The translations under genes and the position numbers were made by a program. This document shows positions 19,570 through 30,300 of a stretch of DNA of 64,000 nucleotides, piece by piece (position 1 is the stretch's first letter; each line of letters opens with the position of its first letter). Below the pieces are notes generated by a model. It saw only the letters and a program-made list of their open reading frames with translations. It searched no databases and had not been told where the DNA came from. The stretch comes from a virus. The DNA is taken from positions 1 through 64,000 of the IMG/VR virus record IMGVR_UViG_3300025674_000021; one strand, written 5' to 3'.

Positions 19570-22500
19570 ATGGCACAAAAAACAGATTTAAACGTAAATC
19601 CATATTTTGACGATTTTGATGCGGACAAGAATTTTTACAAAGTTCTATTCAAGCCTGGAACTCCAGTTCAGTCAAGAGAATTAAATAATATTCAGTCGAT
19701 TCTACAAAATCAGATTGAGTCATTTGGAAGTCATATCTTCAAGGAAGGATCGTTAGTAATTCCTGGCGCTATTTCATATGATCCTCAGTATTATGCAGTT
19801 AAACTGAATCAAAACTTTTCAAATATTGATATCCAAGCATATATTAGACAATATCTTGGAAAAACTATCGAAGGTCAAAATTCTGGAGTCACTGCATCAG
19901 TTCAGAGAATAGAAATTCCTGATGCTATCAATAATCTTGACTCTATTACATTATATGTCAAGTATCTTGCAGCAGATAATAATAACGAAATCTCTCCATT
20001 CAGTGATGGGGAGATATTGACTTGTGACGAAAGTGTTATTTACGGCAATAATACAGTAATTAATGCTGGAGCAGGTTTTGCATCCCTCATTTCTTTAGAT
20101 GCTACCTCGACAGGATCTGCAGTTTCTGTTACTGAAGGAATTTACTTTGTTAGAGGAACTTTTGCTAAGATCTTCAAAGAAACAATTATCCTAGATTATT
20201 ACACAAATACTCCAACCTACAGAGTAGGTATTAAAGTATCGGAAGAGATTATCAGTGCAAAAGATGATCCTTCCCTGTATGATAACGCAAAAGGATTCAA
20301 TAACTATTCTGCACCTGGTTCGGATAGATTTAAATTAAATCTCTCTCTTACCAAAAAATCAATTGATAGTGTCGATACTGATACTGATTTTATTGAGATT
20401 CTGAGAATCGTAGACGGAGAAATTAAGAAAGTATCCGTACAATCTCAATACAATCTAATCAGAGATTATCTTGCACAGAGAACATATGATGAATCAGGAA
20501 ACTATGCAGTTACTCCTTTCGGAATTTCTGTTCATGAAACCTTAAATAATAATCGTGGAAATGATGGACTGTTCTTTGAAGGTGAATCCACAGATCAAGG
20601 TAATATACCTACAGATGACTTAATGTCAATTAAGTTGTCCCCAGGTAAAGTATATGTTAGAGGTTATGATGTTGAAAGAACAGTAACTTCTATTATTGAT
20701 GTTAACAAACCAAGGCAAACTGTAGAGAATCCAGAACAAACTGTAAATTTGCAGTTAGGAAATCTACTTAGAGTAAATAATGTTCTTGGAACACCAAAAC
20801 AGAATGCTCCTATTGAACTGCACTCCGTAAGAAGAACTTCTGGAACAAACATTCCTGCACCATCAACGTATATTGGTCAAGCAAGAGTATATAATTTCTC
20901 TCTAACTGATGCCGCTTATACTAATGCAGCAACTTCCTGGGATTGCTACCTATATGATCTCCAGTTATTCACAACAATTCAAACTACATCTGACTTTGCT
21001 GCAGGAACTGTTCATGAAGGTTCTAGAGTTAGAGGAGAGAGCAGTGGTGCTCTTGGATTTGCCGCAGCAGCTACAGCAAATTCTACGCTTACAGTAACTC
21101 AGGTATCTGGAACCTTTGTTAAGGGAGAAAAAGTTATTATTGATGAAAATGAAAATATCAAGAGATCTACTGCCTCAGTAACTGCTTGGGGTATTGATGA
21201 TGTAAAGCAATTTTACATGAGCAGTACTGTAAGTGGATTTAATTCTAATTTCCTTGCAGATACTATTTTAGAAAGAAGATTACCTGTAGGATTCAATGCA
21301 TCCGATAGTTTGTTTATTGACGGTGCAGGAAACGCAACTTGCCCAGGTAAGTTCTTCAATGGTAAAGTTAAAGTAGGAGACATTGTAAGATATACTGTTC
21401 CTACCGAAACTGATGAAATTTTTAACGTAGTTGGATCAATATCACCAACTGGTAATAGTATTGGTTTAAATGCTGTACAAGCAGTTGCTGGAGTATGTCA
21501 AGGTGCTGTTCAAGCAAGTGTTACTGCATCATCTTTCTCAATCGGAAAAGCAGAAATTAAGAACAGCGATATTGATGGTCTGTATGTAACCCTTAATCAA
21601 GATAATGTTGCAACTTTAGATCTAAACAATTCTGATTTAATCTTTACAAAACAAAGAGTTCTACAAAAAGCGACAGGTGGTAGTGGTCAGATTACTCTTA
21701 ATGTATCTGAATTTGATGTCCCAATCGGATCTAATTTCTTAGCATTTGACCAAGAGAGATATTTTATTCAATATGATGATGGATCTATTGAAACTTTAAG
21801 TTCTGAAAAATTTACTTACGGTAGTGGAACAGTAACTATTAGAGGTTTAGAAGTCGGAAAAACCACTAATATGATTGTTGCTACGTTTGAAAAACCAACA
21901 ATCTCTAGTAAAGTTAAAGTAAATAAAAAATCTGAAATTTTAGAAATTACACTTTCTAAAAATCAAGAATCAGGTTCTACAGAAGGATCTACAGTTAATG
22001 ATGGTTTGACATATAATGCTTACTATGGATTAAGAGTTCAAGATAGAGAGATCTCTCTGAACTACCCAGATGTAAACTCTGTTCTTGCTGTCTATGAATC
22101 CCTGAATTCTGATGCTCCAATTTTAGACAAATTGACATTCAGTAGCATTTTTGCAATTGGAGATAATGCTATTGTTGGTGAAAATATCTTAGGTCCAGAA
22201 TCAAAAACTCTTGCAAGAGTAGTAAGAAGATCAGTTAACAGTGTTGATATTGTATATCTAAATGATAATAGATTCTTGAAGAATGAGTTAGTAACATTCA
22301 AGGAATCCAATATTCAAGCAGAGATTGATGTCAATACTCCAGGAAAATATTTAAACATCTCCAATAAATTTAGATTAGATTCTTCTCAGAGAGAACAGTT
22401 CTACGATTATTCTAGAATCGTAAGAAAAACTGGAGAAAATTCTCCAGCAAAACGTTTAATGGTTATATTTGACCACTTTGTTGTAGATGATGAGGATGAA

Positions 22501-25500
22501 GGTGATCTCTTCACAGTCATGAGCTATGATGAGAGAGATTATAAAACTAGAGTTCCTCTTATTGGACCAGAAAAATTAAGAGCAAGTGATACTCTAGATT
22601 TTAGACCTCGTGTTCCTGTGTTTACCGGAACTACTTCATCTCCATTCTTCTTTGGTTCTAGAGATTTTACAAATTCAGTTCCAGTCAATGTTGCTCCAGA
22701 AGAAACAATTCAAGTTTCTTACACATATTATATTGGAAGACAAGACAAACTTTATATCAGTAAAGATGGTGAGTTTGTATACCTTCAAGGGAATGATTCA
22801 CCAGATCCATCTGCACCAGTAAAAGATGGTGACATGATGGAGTTGGCAACCTTTACTCTTCCACCATATCTCTATGATATGGATCAGGTTGAAGTATCTC
22901 TTCGTGAAAATAGAAGATATACGATGAGAGATATTGGTGCGATTGAAAGTAGAGTTACTAATCTTGAGAATGTAACATCACTATCTCTACTAGAACTGAG
23001 TACACAAACATTAGAAGTTCAGGACTCTGAAGGTTTCAATAGATTTAAATCTGGTTTCTTTGTAGATGATTTTAGATCTCTTGATAGATCTAATCTTGGA
23101 TATACTTTAGCAGAAATTGATGATACTGATACTGATGCTGGTCTTGTTCCAACAATATCAAGAAATAGCATTCCAAACTATCTTGCTCCTTCAGAGAGCA
23201 TTATTGATGAACAGCTTGACCTCTCTGTTGACTACGACCTGTTTGATCCAGGAGTAGTTAAGAGAAATGAAACTGTTATGCTCAAATACACTAGCAAAAA
23301 GTGGATTGAGCAACCTCTAGCAACCCGTGTAGAAAATGTAAACCCATTCCATGTTGTAGTATACCGTGGAACAATTGAATTAAGTCCCTCTAGAGATACT
23401 TGGACTAGAACAGTAGAACTACCAGATATCGTTAATAACGAAAGTCAAAGATTTACTGTTACTGAAAATAGAACAAGAAGAGGACCAGATATTACAACAA
23501 GAGTTCCGAACCCTAGAAGAAGAGGAGATACCGAAGTTACAGGACGTAGAGTTACAAGAAGTTCTGCAATCACTAATAGACAGAGTAATAGTATTACTCT
23601 TAGATCTAGAGTCCTAGTTGATACTCAGTCAGAAAGATTCATGAGATCCAGAAACACTGGATTTACTGTTTCTAACCTGAAACCATACACCAGATACTAT
23701 CAGTTCTTAGATGGAAATTCTCAGGTAGATTTTATTCCAAAACTTTTGGAAATTTCTCCAAACTCTTCCTTAACTAATTTTGGTTCTACTTCATCTTTCA
23801 ATCCAGGTGAAACTGTAAAAGGATACTTCAATGGAAGAAATATTCTTGAATTTAGAGTTGCAGCATCAAATCATAAAACTGGAAGATATGATAGTCCAAG
23901 TACTACCTTTGGAGTAAATCCTTATGAAAAAGGAGGAACTATTTCTTCTAACTATAGTAATACCTCTAAAGTACTGAATGTCGATATCAATTCCTTATGC
24001 AGAGAAGCACAAGGAAAATATCGTGGTTATGTCGAAAAAGGTATGAAACTGGTTGGTCAGACCAGCGGTGCAGTAGCATATTTGAAGGATAAGCGTCTCA
24101 TTACGGACAATTTTGGTGATCTATTTGGATCATTCTTCCTGAAAAATCCACTTAGAAATCCAGCACCTAGTGTAAGGATCAATACTGGAACAAAGAGCTA
24201 CATCTTAAGTTCTAGTAAAACTAACGCAGAAGCAACTCCAGGAAGCACTACAATTTCAACTGCAGAGACAAATTACACTGCTGAAGGAACAATTCAAAGG
24301 TTCCAGACAACCATTACCAATATAACAACTACAGTTAGAACAAGAACTAATACTAGAACTGTTCAGAGAAGAGTTACTGAGTTCTATGACCCACTTGCAC
24401 AATCTTTCAGTGTTGGTGGAAGTGGAACTGCAAATGATGATGAGCAGGGTGCATTCCTTAGCGGTGTCGATGTTTATTTCTCCACTAAGGATAGCGGAAC
24501 TAACCCTGTAACAGTTCAGGTCAGAACAGTTGAACTTGGAACACCAACCAGAGAAGTTCTTGGTATTCCTGTTGTTCTGAGACCAGATCAGGTCAATACT
24601 TCAGAAACAGGCACTGTTCCAACTCACGTTGATTTCCCATATCCAATTTATCTTGCTCCAGGTCAAGAATATGCAATCGTTCTCGTAGCACCAGAAACTA
24701 CTGGTTACGAAGTATTCATTGCAGAAATGGGTGAAAAGACATTGCAAACAGGCAATCTTCCAGATTCTGAATCTGTACTTTACACTCAACAGTTTGCACT
24801 TGGTAGTTTGTTCAAATCCCAAAACGGATCTATTTGGACAGCAAATCAGTATCAGGATATGAAGTTCACACTATATCGTTGTGAATTCACTCCAAATACA
24901 CCTGCTACTGCATGGTTCTACAATCCAACTCTAGATGCAAGTAATGGTTATATTCCAAATCTTGCAGAAAATCCAATTACGGTTATTCCTAGAAGATTAA
25001 AAGTTGGTATCACTCCTACTAACAATCCTGCAACTATTGCTGCACTATCTGTCGGAAGACAAGTTAGTGACAGTGTAAAAACATATGTTTCTGGAAATAT
25101 CATTCAAACTGGTGGACCAGTCGGTAGCGTTAGTGTAGTAACTGATTTTGCTGGAACTGGATATCCATCTTCAGCAGACATTCCAACCTACAATATTGTT
25201 GGTGAAGGATCTGGTCTTACAGTTGACATAACAGTTAATGCTGAGGGTCAAATAACATCTGCTGTCGTTAACAATGAAGGTAATGGTTATGAGAACGGAA
25301 ATATTGTTGGTATCGTAACTGCTGCACTTAACCCAACTACTGGTTTTGGTGCTCAGCTTAGAGTTGATGGTGTAACTGATTTAGATACTCTCTTCCTTAC
25401 AGATGTTCAAGGAGATTCTTTCAATACAGACGGAACATCAGAATTAATCTACGTAGATAATGGTGCTAATGTTCTTCTCTCTGGAGTAGAAATTCTAACT

Positions 25501-26868
25501 TCTAGTACTATTTCTCCAATATTTGATGGATCACATATGTTTGTACAACATTTCAATCACGGAATGTATTCAAACAATAATAGAGTTGAAGTATCTGGTG
25601 TTCTTCCAACAGCAGTTCCAACAACTCTTGATGGATCTATTTCTAACAATGCATCGGTAATTCCTGTTGCAAGCACAGAGGGATTCGATACCTTTGAAGG
25701 AGTTGCAGTCGGCAACGCAAATCCAGGTTATGCTTTAATTGAGAATGAGTTAATTAAGTACGAATCTATTGGAGTAGGAGCATTAGAGACAGTATCAAGA
25801 TCTCAAGATCAAACTATTGCACTTCCTTATGATAGTGGAACATCCATTGTTAAGTATGAAACTCAGGGAGTATCTCTTAGAAGAATCAATACGGTACATG
25901 ATATTAGTGATACACGTCTATCTATTGACTCGTATTTCTTAGAAATTGATCGTTCTGCTAATGGTGTTGATAGAAGTTCTGATAATAATGTATTGAATTA
26001 TCCAGCATTGTCTTTCTCTGGTCTACTTAATTGTGGAGGTCCTGACGTAAGAGCGTCAGAAAATATACAGTTTGATACTATCATTCCATTCTATAATATT
26101 GAGAATCCAACTGGTGCTACCAATGTAACTGGTAAAATCAGAACCGTTAGCGGAACTAGCGTTAGTGGTACGGAGATATCATTCCGAGATAATGGATATG
26201 AGGATATTCAACTTAATACTATAAACAGATTAGGATCTTCTAGAATCATTTGCTCCAGAGTAAATGAGCAGTTCTTCCTAACTGATTTACCAAGAAATAA
26301 ATCATTTACGACAGCTCTGGCACTGTCTACAACTGATAAGTATCTAAGTCCTCAAATCTTCCTTGATCTATCCTTTACTGAACTTCAAACTTACAGAATC
26401 AATCGTCCAGTAACGAATTACATTACAGATTCTCTAACGAATACTGTTGATGATGATCCACATACATCAATTTACGTTACTAACACGGTCAATCTAGCAC
26501 AACCAGCAACATCACTGAAAGTAATTCTATCTGCAAATAGACCTTCTGCAGCGGACTTTAGAGTTCTTTACAGCGTAAGTGCATCAGCAACTGATGTTCT
26601 TGACTCTTATGTTCTGTTCCCAGGTTTTGAGAACTTAACTGCAGATACTGATGGTGATGGTTATCTAGACGTTATTGATCCATCTCAAAATAATGGAAAA
26701 CCAGATAAAGATATCCCTGCAAGCAGGGATGGTGAATACCTTGAATATGAATTCTCAGTCGGAGGACTTCCAGAGTTCTCTACATACAGAATCAAGGTAG
26801 TCATGTCATCTACAAATCAGGCAACTCCACCACAATTCAGAGATCTTAGAACACTAGCGGTAAGATGA
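19570..26868 (+). CDS. Large virion structural protein, VrlC-like / DUF4815 family
   Basis: MAQKTDLNVNPYFDDFD, RTYDESGNY, RRYTMRDIG, RFKSGFFVDDF, DPLAQSF. Confidence 0.82.
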   Translation: MAQKTDLNVNPYFDDFDADKNFYKVLFKPGTPVQSRELNNIQSILQNQIESFGSHIFKEGSLVIPGAISYDPQYYAVKLNQNFSNIDIQAYIRQYLGKTIEGQNSGVTASVQRIEIPDAINNLDSITLYVKYLAADNNNEISPFSDGEILTCDESVIYGNNTVINAGAGFASLISLDATSTGSAVSVTEGIYFVRGTFAKIFKETIILDYYTNTPTYRVGIKVSEEIISAKDDPSLYDNAKGFNNYSAPGSDRFKLNLSLTKKSIDSVDTDTDFIEILRIVDGEIKKVSVQSQYNLIRDYLAQRTYDESGNYAVTPFGISVHETLNNNRGNDGLFFEGESTDQGNIPTDDLMSIKLSPGKVYVRGYDVERTVTSIIDVNKPRQTVENPEQTVNLQLGNLLRVNNVLGTPKQNAPIELHSVRRTSGTNIPAPSTYIGQARVYNFSLTDAAYTNAATSWDCYLYDLQLFTTIQTTSDFAAGTVHEGSRVRGESSGALGFAAAATANSTLTVTQVSGTFVKGEKVIIDENENIKRSTASVTAWGIDDVKQFYMSSTVSGFNSNFLADTILERRLPVGFNASDSLFIDGAGNATCPGKFFNGKVKVGDIVRYTVPTETDEIFNVVGSISPTGNSIGLNAVQAVAGVCQGAVQASVTASSFSIGKAEIKNSDIDGLYVTLNQDNVATLDLNNSDLIFTKQRVLQKATGGSGQITLNVSEFDVPIGSNFLAFDQERYFIQYDDGSIETLSSEKFTYGSGTVTIRGLEVGKTTNMIVATFEKPTISSKVKVNKKSEILEITLSKNQESGSTEGSTVNDGLTYNAYYGLRVQDREISLNYPDVNSVLAVYESLNSDAPILDKLTFSSIFAIGDNAIVGENILGPESKTLARVVRRSVNSVDIVYLNDNRFLKNELVTFKESNIQAEIDVNTPGKYLNISNKFRLDSSQREQFYDYSRIVRKTGENSPAKRLMVIFDHFVVDDEDEGDLFTVMSYDERDYKTRVPLIGPEKLRASDTLDFRPRVPVFTGTTSSPFFFGSRDFTNSVPVNVAPEETIQVSYTYYIGRQDKLYISKDGEFVYLQGNDSPDPSAPVKDGDMMELATFTLPPYLYDMDQVEVSLRENRRYTMRDIGAIESRVTNLENVTSLSLLELSTQTLEVQDSEGFNRFKSGFFVDDFRSLDRSNLGYTLAEIDDTDTDAGLVPTISRNSIPNYLAPSESIIDEQLDLSVDYDLFDPGVVKRNETVMLKYTSKKWIEQPLATRVENVNPFHVVVYRGTIELSPSRDTWTRTVELPDIVNNESQRFTVTENRTRRGPDITTRVPNPRRRGDTEVTGRRVTRSSAITNRQSNSITLRSRVLVDTQSERFMRSRNTGFTVSNLKPYTRYYQFLDGNSQVDFIPKLLEISPNSSLTNFGSTSSFNPGETVKGYFNGRNILEFRVAASNHKTGRYDSPSTTFGVNPYEKGGTISSNYSNTSKVLNVDINSLCREAQGKYRGYVEKGMKLVGQTSGAVAYLKDKRLITDNFGDLFGSFFLKNPLRNPAPSVRINTGTKSYILSSSKTNAEATPGSTTISTAETNYTAEGTIQRFQTTITNITTTVRTRTNTRTVQRRVTEFYDPLAQSFSVGGSGTANDDEQGAFLSGVDVYFSTKDSGTNPVTVQVRTVELGTPTREVLGIPVVLRPDQVNTSETGTVPTHVDFPYPIYLAPGQEYAIVLVAPETTGYEVFIAEMGEKTLQTGNLPDSESVLYTQQFALGSLFKSQNGSIWTANQYQDMKFTLYRCEFTPNTPATAWFYNPTLDASNGYIPNLAENPITVIPRRLKVGITPTNNPATIAALSVGRQVSDSVKTYVSGNIIQTGGPVGSVSVVTDFAGTGYPSSADIPTYNIVGEGSGLTVDITVNAEGQITSAVVNNEGNGYENGNIVGIVTAALNPTTGFGAQLRVDGVTDLDTLFLTDVQGDSFNTDGTSELIYVDNGANVLLSGVEILTSSTISPIFDGSHMFVQHFNHGMYSNNNRVEVSGVLPTAVPTTLDGSISNNASVIPVASTEGFDTFEGVAVGNANPGYALIENELIKYESIGVGALETVSRSQDQTIALPYDSGTSIVKYETQGVSLRRINTVHDISDTRLSIDSYFLEIDRSANGVDRSSDNNVLNYPALSFSGLLNCGGPDVRASENIQFDTIIPFYNIENPTGATNVTGKIRTVSGTSVSGTEISFRDNGYEDIQLNTINRLGSSRIICSRVNEQFFLTDLPRNKSFTTALALSTTDKYLSPQIFLDLSFTELQTYRINRPVTNYITDSLTNTVDDDPHTSIYVTNTVNLAQPATSLKVILSANRPSAADFRVLYSVSASATDVLDSYVLFPGFENLTADTDGDGYLDVIDPSQNNGKPDKDIPASRDGEYLEYEFSVGGLPEFSTYRIKVVMSSTNQATPPQFRDLRTLAVR

Positions 26869-27077
26869 TTAAAGTAGAGGGACATTCAAACTTATATCGT
26901 GATGAAGATTCTGGCGCTATTGTCAACACTGATAGTAGTGCCTATAATCAATATGTGAATAGTTTGAATAATAGGAGGAAACACAAAGAAGAAATTGCCG
27001 ATCTTAAGAATGAAATTAATGAAATCAAATCTCTACTAAAGGAGTTTCTAAATGGATCCCGACAGAATAACACTTGA
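26865..27077 (+). CDS. Hypothetical protein (coiled-coil C-terminus)
   Basis: KVEGHSNLYRDEDSGAIVN; typical neighbour of VrlC-like genes. Confidence 0.75.
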   Translation: MIKVEGHSNLYRDEDSGAIVNTDSSAYNQYVNSLNNRRKHKEEIADLKNEINEIKSLLKEFLNGSRQNNT

Positions 27078-27240
27078 TTCAATCGCTAAGAATTTTGAGT
27101 TTGAAAAAACTTCAAGACAGATCGATACTTTGGATGGGGAGGAATTAAAAAAAATAACTAAATATTTTTTTAAGATGTACTTGAAACAACAAGAAGTTGT
27201 TACAAACATGATGCGTGAAGATATTATGAGAGGTCTTTAA
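27052..27240 (+). CDS. Small helical protein, possibly NblA-like
   Basis: 62 aa; residue pattern aligns by eye without gaps to the NblA helix-loop-helix (see findings). Confidence 0.55.
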   Translation: MDPDRITLDSIAKNFEFEKTSRQIDTLDGEELKKITKYFFKMYLKQQEVVTNMMREDIMRGL

Positions 27241-27258
27241 TAGTAATACGGGGCATTC

Positions 27259-28098
27259 ATGGCAAAACCTACAAATAGACAAGAGTTAATAGATTATTGT
27301 TTGAGGCAACTGGGTGCTCCTGTCCTAGAAATCAATGTCGCAGAAGATCAAATAGATGACATTGTAGATGATTGTATTCAATATTTCCAGGAAAGGCACT
27401 TTGATGGTGTAACTCAAACCTTCCTGAAGTATCAGGTAACTCAAGAAGATATCGACAGAGGCAAAGCAAGTAAAGGAACTGGACCTGGAGTAGAGTCCAC
27501 TTCCGTAACTGCTAATGTCGGAACTGCAACTACTTTTACATACACTGAAACAGCGAATTATCTGCCGATCCCAGATCATATTATTGGTGTAAATCAGATT
27601 ATGCAATTTGAAGGATCTAGCAGCCTTTCTGCTGGAATGTTCAATATTAAGTATCAACTATTTTTGAATGACGTTTATTATTGGGGATCTACAGAACTTT
27701 TAACCTATCAAATGGTTAGAACATATCTTGCAGATATTGACTTTTTACTATCAACAAAGAAAAATATTAGATTTAATAAGAGATCAAATAGATTATATCT
27801 TGATATCGATTGGGATACTCTAAAAGCAGGAGAGTTTCTTATCATTGACTGCTATAGAGCATTAGACCCATCAAAATATGAAGAAATTTGGAACGATTCT
27901 TTCCTTAAAAAGTATATCACAGCTTCAATTAAAAAGCAATGGGGTCAGAATCTAATTAAATTCCAAGGTGTCAAACTCCCAGGAGGTTTGGAGTTCAATG
28001 GAAGACAGTTATATGAAGACGGACTAAATGATATTAATGCTCTGATGGATAAGATGTCCAGCACATATGAGTTACCACCTTTAGACATGATCGGTTGA
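27259..28098 (+). CDS. gp13: Neck protein gp13
   Basis: LIDYCLRQLGAPVLEINV, KKQWGQNLIKFQGVKLPGG. Confidence 0.93.
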   Translation: MAKPTNRQELIDYCLRQLGAPVLEINVAEDQIDDIVDDCIQYFQERHFDGVTQTFLKYQVTQEDIDRGKASKGTGPGVESTSVTANVGTATTFTYTETANYLPIPDHIIGVNQIMQFEGSSSLSAGMFNIKYQLFLNDVYYWGSTELLTYQMVRTYLADIDFLLSTKKNIRFNKRSNRLYLDIDWDTLKAGEFLIIDCYRALDPSKYEEIWNDSFLKKYITASIKKQWGQNLIKFQGVKLPGGLEFNGRQLYEDGLNDINALMDKMSSTYELPPLDMIG

Positions 28099-28102
28099 TA
28101 TT

Positions 28103-29530
28103 ATGCCACTAAATCCATTTTTTCTTTCAGGTTCCAAAGGTGAGCAAGGTCTCATACAAGATTTGATCAATGAACAGATCAAAATGTATGGGGTCGATGT
28201 TCACTATATCCCTAGAAAATTCTTAACTAAGAATACAGTTCTCAAGGAAGTCATTGAATCACAGTATGATTCTGCCTTCCCTATCGAAGCATATATTTCG
28301 AATTCTAATGGTTTCGGTGGACAAGGAACCTTACTATCTAAGTTTGGCATCACTGAAGTCGATGATCTTACCCTTGTCATCTCAAGAGAGATCTTTGAGT
28401 TGTACATTACCCCTCTCCAGAAGAATCTAGAAGATATTGAGCTTGCTACAAGACCAAAAGAAGGTGATCTAATTTTCTTCCCACTGGGTGACAGAATATT
28501 TGAAATTAAGTATGTGGAGCACGAATCTCCATTTTATCAACTCAAGAAGAACTATGTTTACGAGTTGAGATGTGAACCATTCAGATATGGAAACGAAGTT
28601 ATCGATACGAGCATTGACGTTATCGATAAGTCCGTTGAGGATGAAGGAATCATCACCACACTCAGTTTTGTTGGTGGTGGTAGAACAGCAACTGCTCAAG
28701 TAATCATGGGACTTCAGTATGTAACTGAAGTATTCGTCAATGAAGATGGAAATGGTTATGACTTCCCACCAAGTGTTACCTTTAGTCCTCCAGAAATACC
28801 AGGAGGATTTACTGCTAGAGGTTTTGCATTAACCACAAGTGTTGGAGATGCATCATCTGTATACGATGTCATCCTCTCTAGTGCTGGTTCTGGGTATGAA
28901 AATCCACCAACCATTACATTTGCTGGTGGTGGAGGTGCTGGAGCTGCAGCAACTGCTTCAATTGCAGGTGTTGGAGTCACTGGAATTATTGGATTCCAAA
29001 TGTTTGATAGAGGTGAGGGTTACTTAGATGATGGAGATGCCGTCATAACAGTTACACCTCCTAACGATGTAAATCTTGCTCCAGGTGCTGGAGTAACCGC
29101 AGTTGGTATCGCATCGGTACAAAATGGGCAAGTAGTTTCTATAAATATTCTTAACAGTGGCATTGGATATACTGGCGCAGGTATTTCCACAGAGATCAGT
29201 GTTACCGTATCTTCACCAAGATACGCCGGATTCGGAACATATCTGTTCAACGAAATAGTAACCGGACAAACATCAGGAGTAGAAGCAAGAGTCAAATCTT
29301 GGGATGCTCCATCCAGAGTCCTCAAAGTCGCAAACGTCAGTTCCAACGTACAAAACGTATCCTTCTATCCAGGTGAAGTTGTTGTTGGTTCTTCATCTTC
29401 AGCATACTACAAACTTGCCGAATATGATTCTGAGGATCTTAATGATCCATTTGCAGAAAATAAAGACATTGAAACGGAAGCAGATGCAATTCTTGATTTC
29501 TCTGAATCAAATCCATTTGGTAACTATTAA
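28103..29530 (+). CDS. gp14: Neck protein gp14 with inserted Gly-rich repeats
   Basis: EQIKMYGVDVHYIPR, RPKEGDLIFFP, DFSESNPFG. Confidence 0.9.
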   Translation: MPLNPFFLSGSKGEQGLIQDLINEQIKMYGVDVHYIPRKFLTKNTVLKEVIESQYDSAFPIEAYISNSNGFGGQGTLLSKFGITEVDDLTLVISREIFELYITPLQKNLEDIELATRPKEGDLIFFPLGDRIFEIKYVEHESPFYQLKKNYVYELRCEPFRYGNEVIDTSIDVIDKSVEDEGIITTLSFVGGGRTATAQVIMGLQYVTEVFVNEDGNGYDFPPSVTFSPPEIPGGFTARGFALTTSVGDASSVYDVILSSAGSGYENPPTITFAGGGGAGAAATASIAGVGVTGIIGFQMFDRGEGYLDDGDAVITVTPPNDVNLAPGAGVTAVGIASVQNGQVVSINILNSGIGYTGAGISTEISVTVSSPRYAGFGTYLFNEIVTGQTSGVEARVKSWDAPSRVLKVANVSSNVQNVSFYPGEVVVGSSSSAYYKLAEYDSEDLNDPFAENKDIETEADAILDFSESNPFGNY

Positions 29531-30297
29531 TGTTAGGAACATACTACTATCACGAAATACTCAGAAGAACTACGATTGCTTTTGCAACGTTGTTCAATGA
29601 TATTCATATCAGACATAGAAAAAAAGGAACTGATAAAACTACTGATATCAAAGTTCCTCTGAGTTATGGTCCTATCCAAAAGTTCCTTGCTCGTCTTGAG
29701 CAACAACCAGAATTAGAAAGACCGGTTCAAAACGTTCTTCCTAGGTTGTCATTTGAAATGACTAACATTCAGTATGATGCTAGTAGAAAAACTTCTATCA
29801 CACAAACTTTTAAAGCATGTGAGGATGGAGGTCAAATAAAGAAAGTATTCCTACCAATACCTTATAATATTGGGTTTCAACTTAATATGATGAGCAAAAT
29901 TGAAGAAGATACTCATCAAGTAGTAGAACAAATTCTACCATTTTTCCAACCAGCATTTAATTTGACAGTCGATCTTGTCGATTCTATTGGTGAGAAGAGA
30001 GATGTTCCTGTGATCCTAGATAGTGTTAGTTTTACTGATGATTATGAAGGAGATTTTTCAAGTAGAAGAGTTTTAATCTATACCTTCAATTTCACTGTCA
30101 AGACATATCTCTTTGGTCCTATCGCAGACAGTACCGATGGACTCATCAAGAAGGTTCAAGTTGATCTCTACAGCAATACTGATGTTCAAATTGCTAAGAG
30201 AGAAACTAGATATACAGTAACTCCAGATCCTATTGATGCTTCACCAGACGATGATTATGGATATAACGAATCCATAGAAAATCTATTCGATCAATAA
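29530..30297 (+). CDS. gp15: Tail sheath stabilizer/terminator gp15
   Basis: KVPLSYGPIQKFLARL, LPRLSFEM, EQILPFFQP. Confidence 0.92.
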   Translation: MLGTYYYHEILRRTTIAFATLFNDIHIRHRKKGTDKTTDIKVPLSYGPIQKFLARLEQQPELERPVQNVLPRLSFEMTNIQYDASRKTSITQTFKACEDGGQIKKVFLPIPYNIGFQLNMMSKIEEDTHQVVEQILPFFQPAFNLTVDLVDSIGEKRDVPVILDSVSFTDDYEGDFSSRRVLIYTFNFTVKTYLFGPIADSTDGLIKKVQVDLYSNTDVQIAKRETRYTVTPDPIDASPDDDYGYNESIENLFDQ

Positions 30298-30300
30298 ACC

